Source of the DNA: Gekko japonicus
Taxonomy: Eukaryota
Assembly: GCF_001447785.1 (NCBI RefSeq)
Contig: NW_015167091.1
Location: 37,869 to 101,868 of the forward strand
Length of the DNA: 64,000 nt
Direction: 5' to 3'
Positions 63,795 to 64,000 of this stretch are shown here, piece by piece; the first letter of the stretch is position 1; every line of letters begins with the position of its first letter. The translations under genes and the position numbers were made by a program. A model generated the notes under the pieces. That model was given only the letters and a program-made list of their open reading frames with translations. It searched no databases and was not told where the DNA came from.

Positions 63795-63815
63795 GTTAAC
63801 GCTGCTGAAGAAGAG
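63795..63815 (+). CDS. HMGN1: HMGN1 coding exon 2 (VNAAEEE)
   Basis: tttcag| acceptor, 21 nt, GAG|gtgagt donor, phase 0/0; resembles mammalian VSSAEGAAKEE. Confidence 0.75.
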
Positions 63816-64000
63816 GTGAGTAGAATTGGTGGTGTAATGAAGATTTGGAGGGACTGGTCCATTTTTAACAAATATTCTTTTCGTTAGAAAATAATGTGAT
63901 GTATATATGTACAATGTGAAGGGAGAAAAAGTTAATAGCTTTATAATTACATTTCCTTAAAAATTGATGCACATTGACAGAACATCTGATCTTATACTTT

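Overview
Vertebrate genomic DNA, most likely from a squamate reptile: Sauria-type and Squam3-type SINEs point to a lizard, probably a gecko (inference). The window is the conserved SH3BGR-LCA5L-GET1(WRB)-HMGN1 block. I reconstructed by hand SH3BGR coding exon 1 (minus strand; the rest lies left of the window or in the gap), a complete 7-coding-exon LCA5L (plus, 723 aa), a complete 5-exon GET1/WRB (minus, 182 aa) and HMGN1 coding exons 1-2 (plus). All splice sites are GT-AG and phase-consistent. Introns and intergenic DNA are dense with decayed mobile elements: an L2-clade LINE, several CR1 LINEs, Penelope-like elements, an RTE-X-like fragment, a hAT transposase fossil, hAT and Harbinger-type MITEs with clear TSDs, tRNA- and 5S-derived SINEs, probable solo LTRs and Helitron-like pieces. 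There is one 664-bp assembly gap. I found no convincing wholly new biological system. The best leads are hammerhead-ribozyme cores in Penelope termini, a multi-layer nested transposon stack, a chimeric SINE, a <1 kb GET1/HMGN1 divergent promoter, a solo LTR upstream of SH3BGR, and lineage-specific changes in LCA5L and HMGN1. Comparisons with human proteins and repeat-family names are from memory and were not database-checked.
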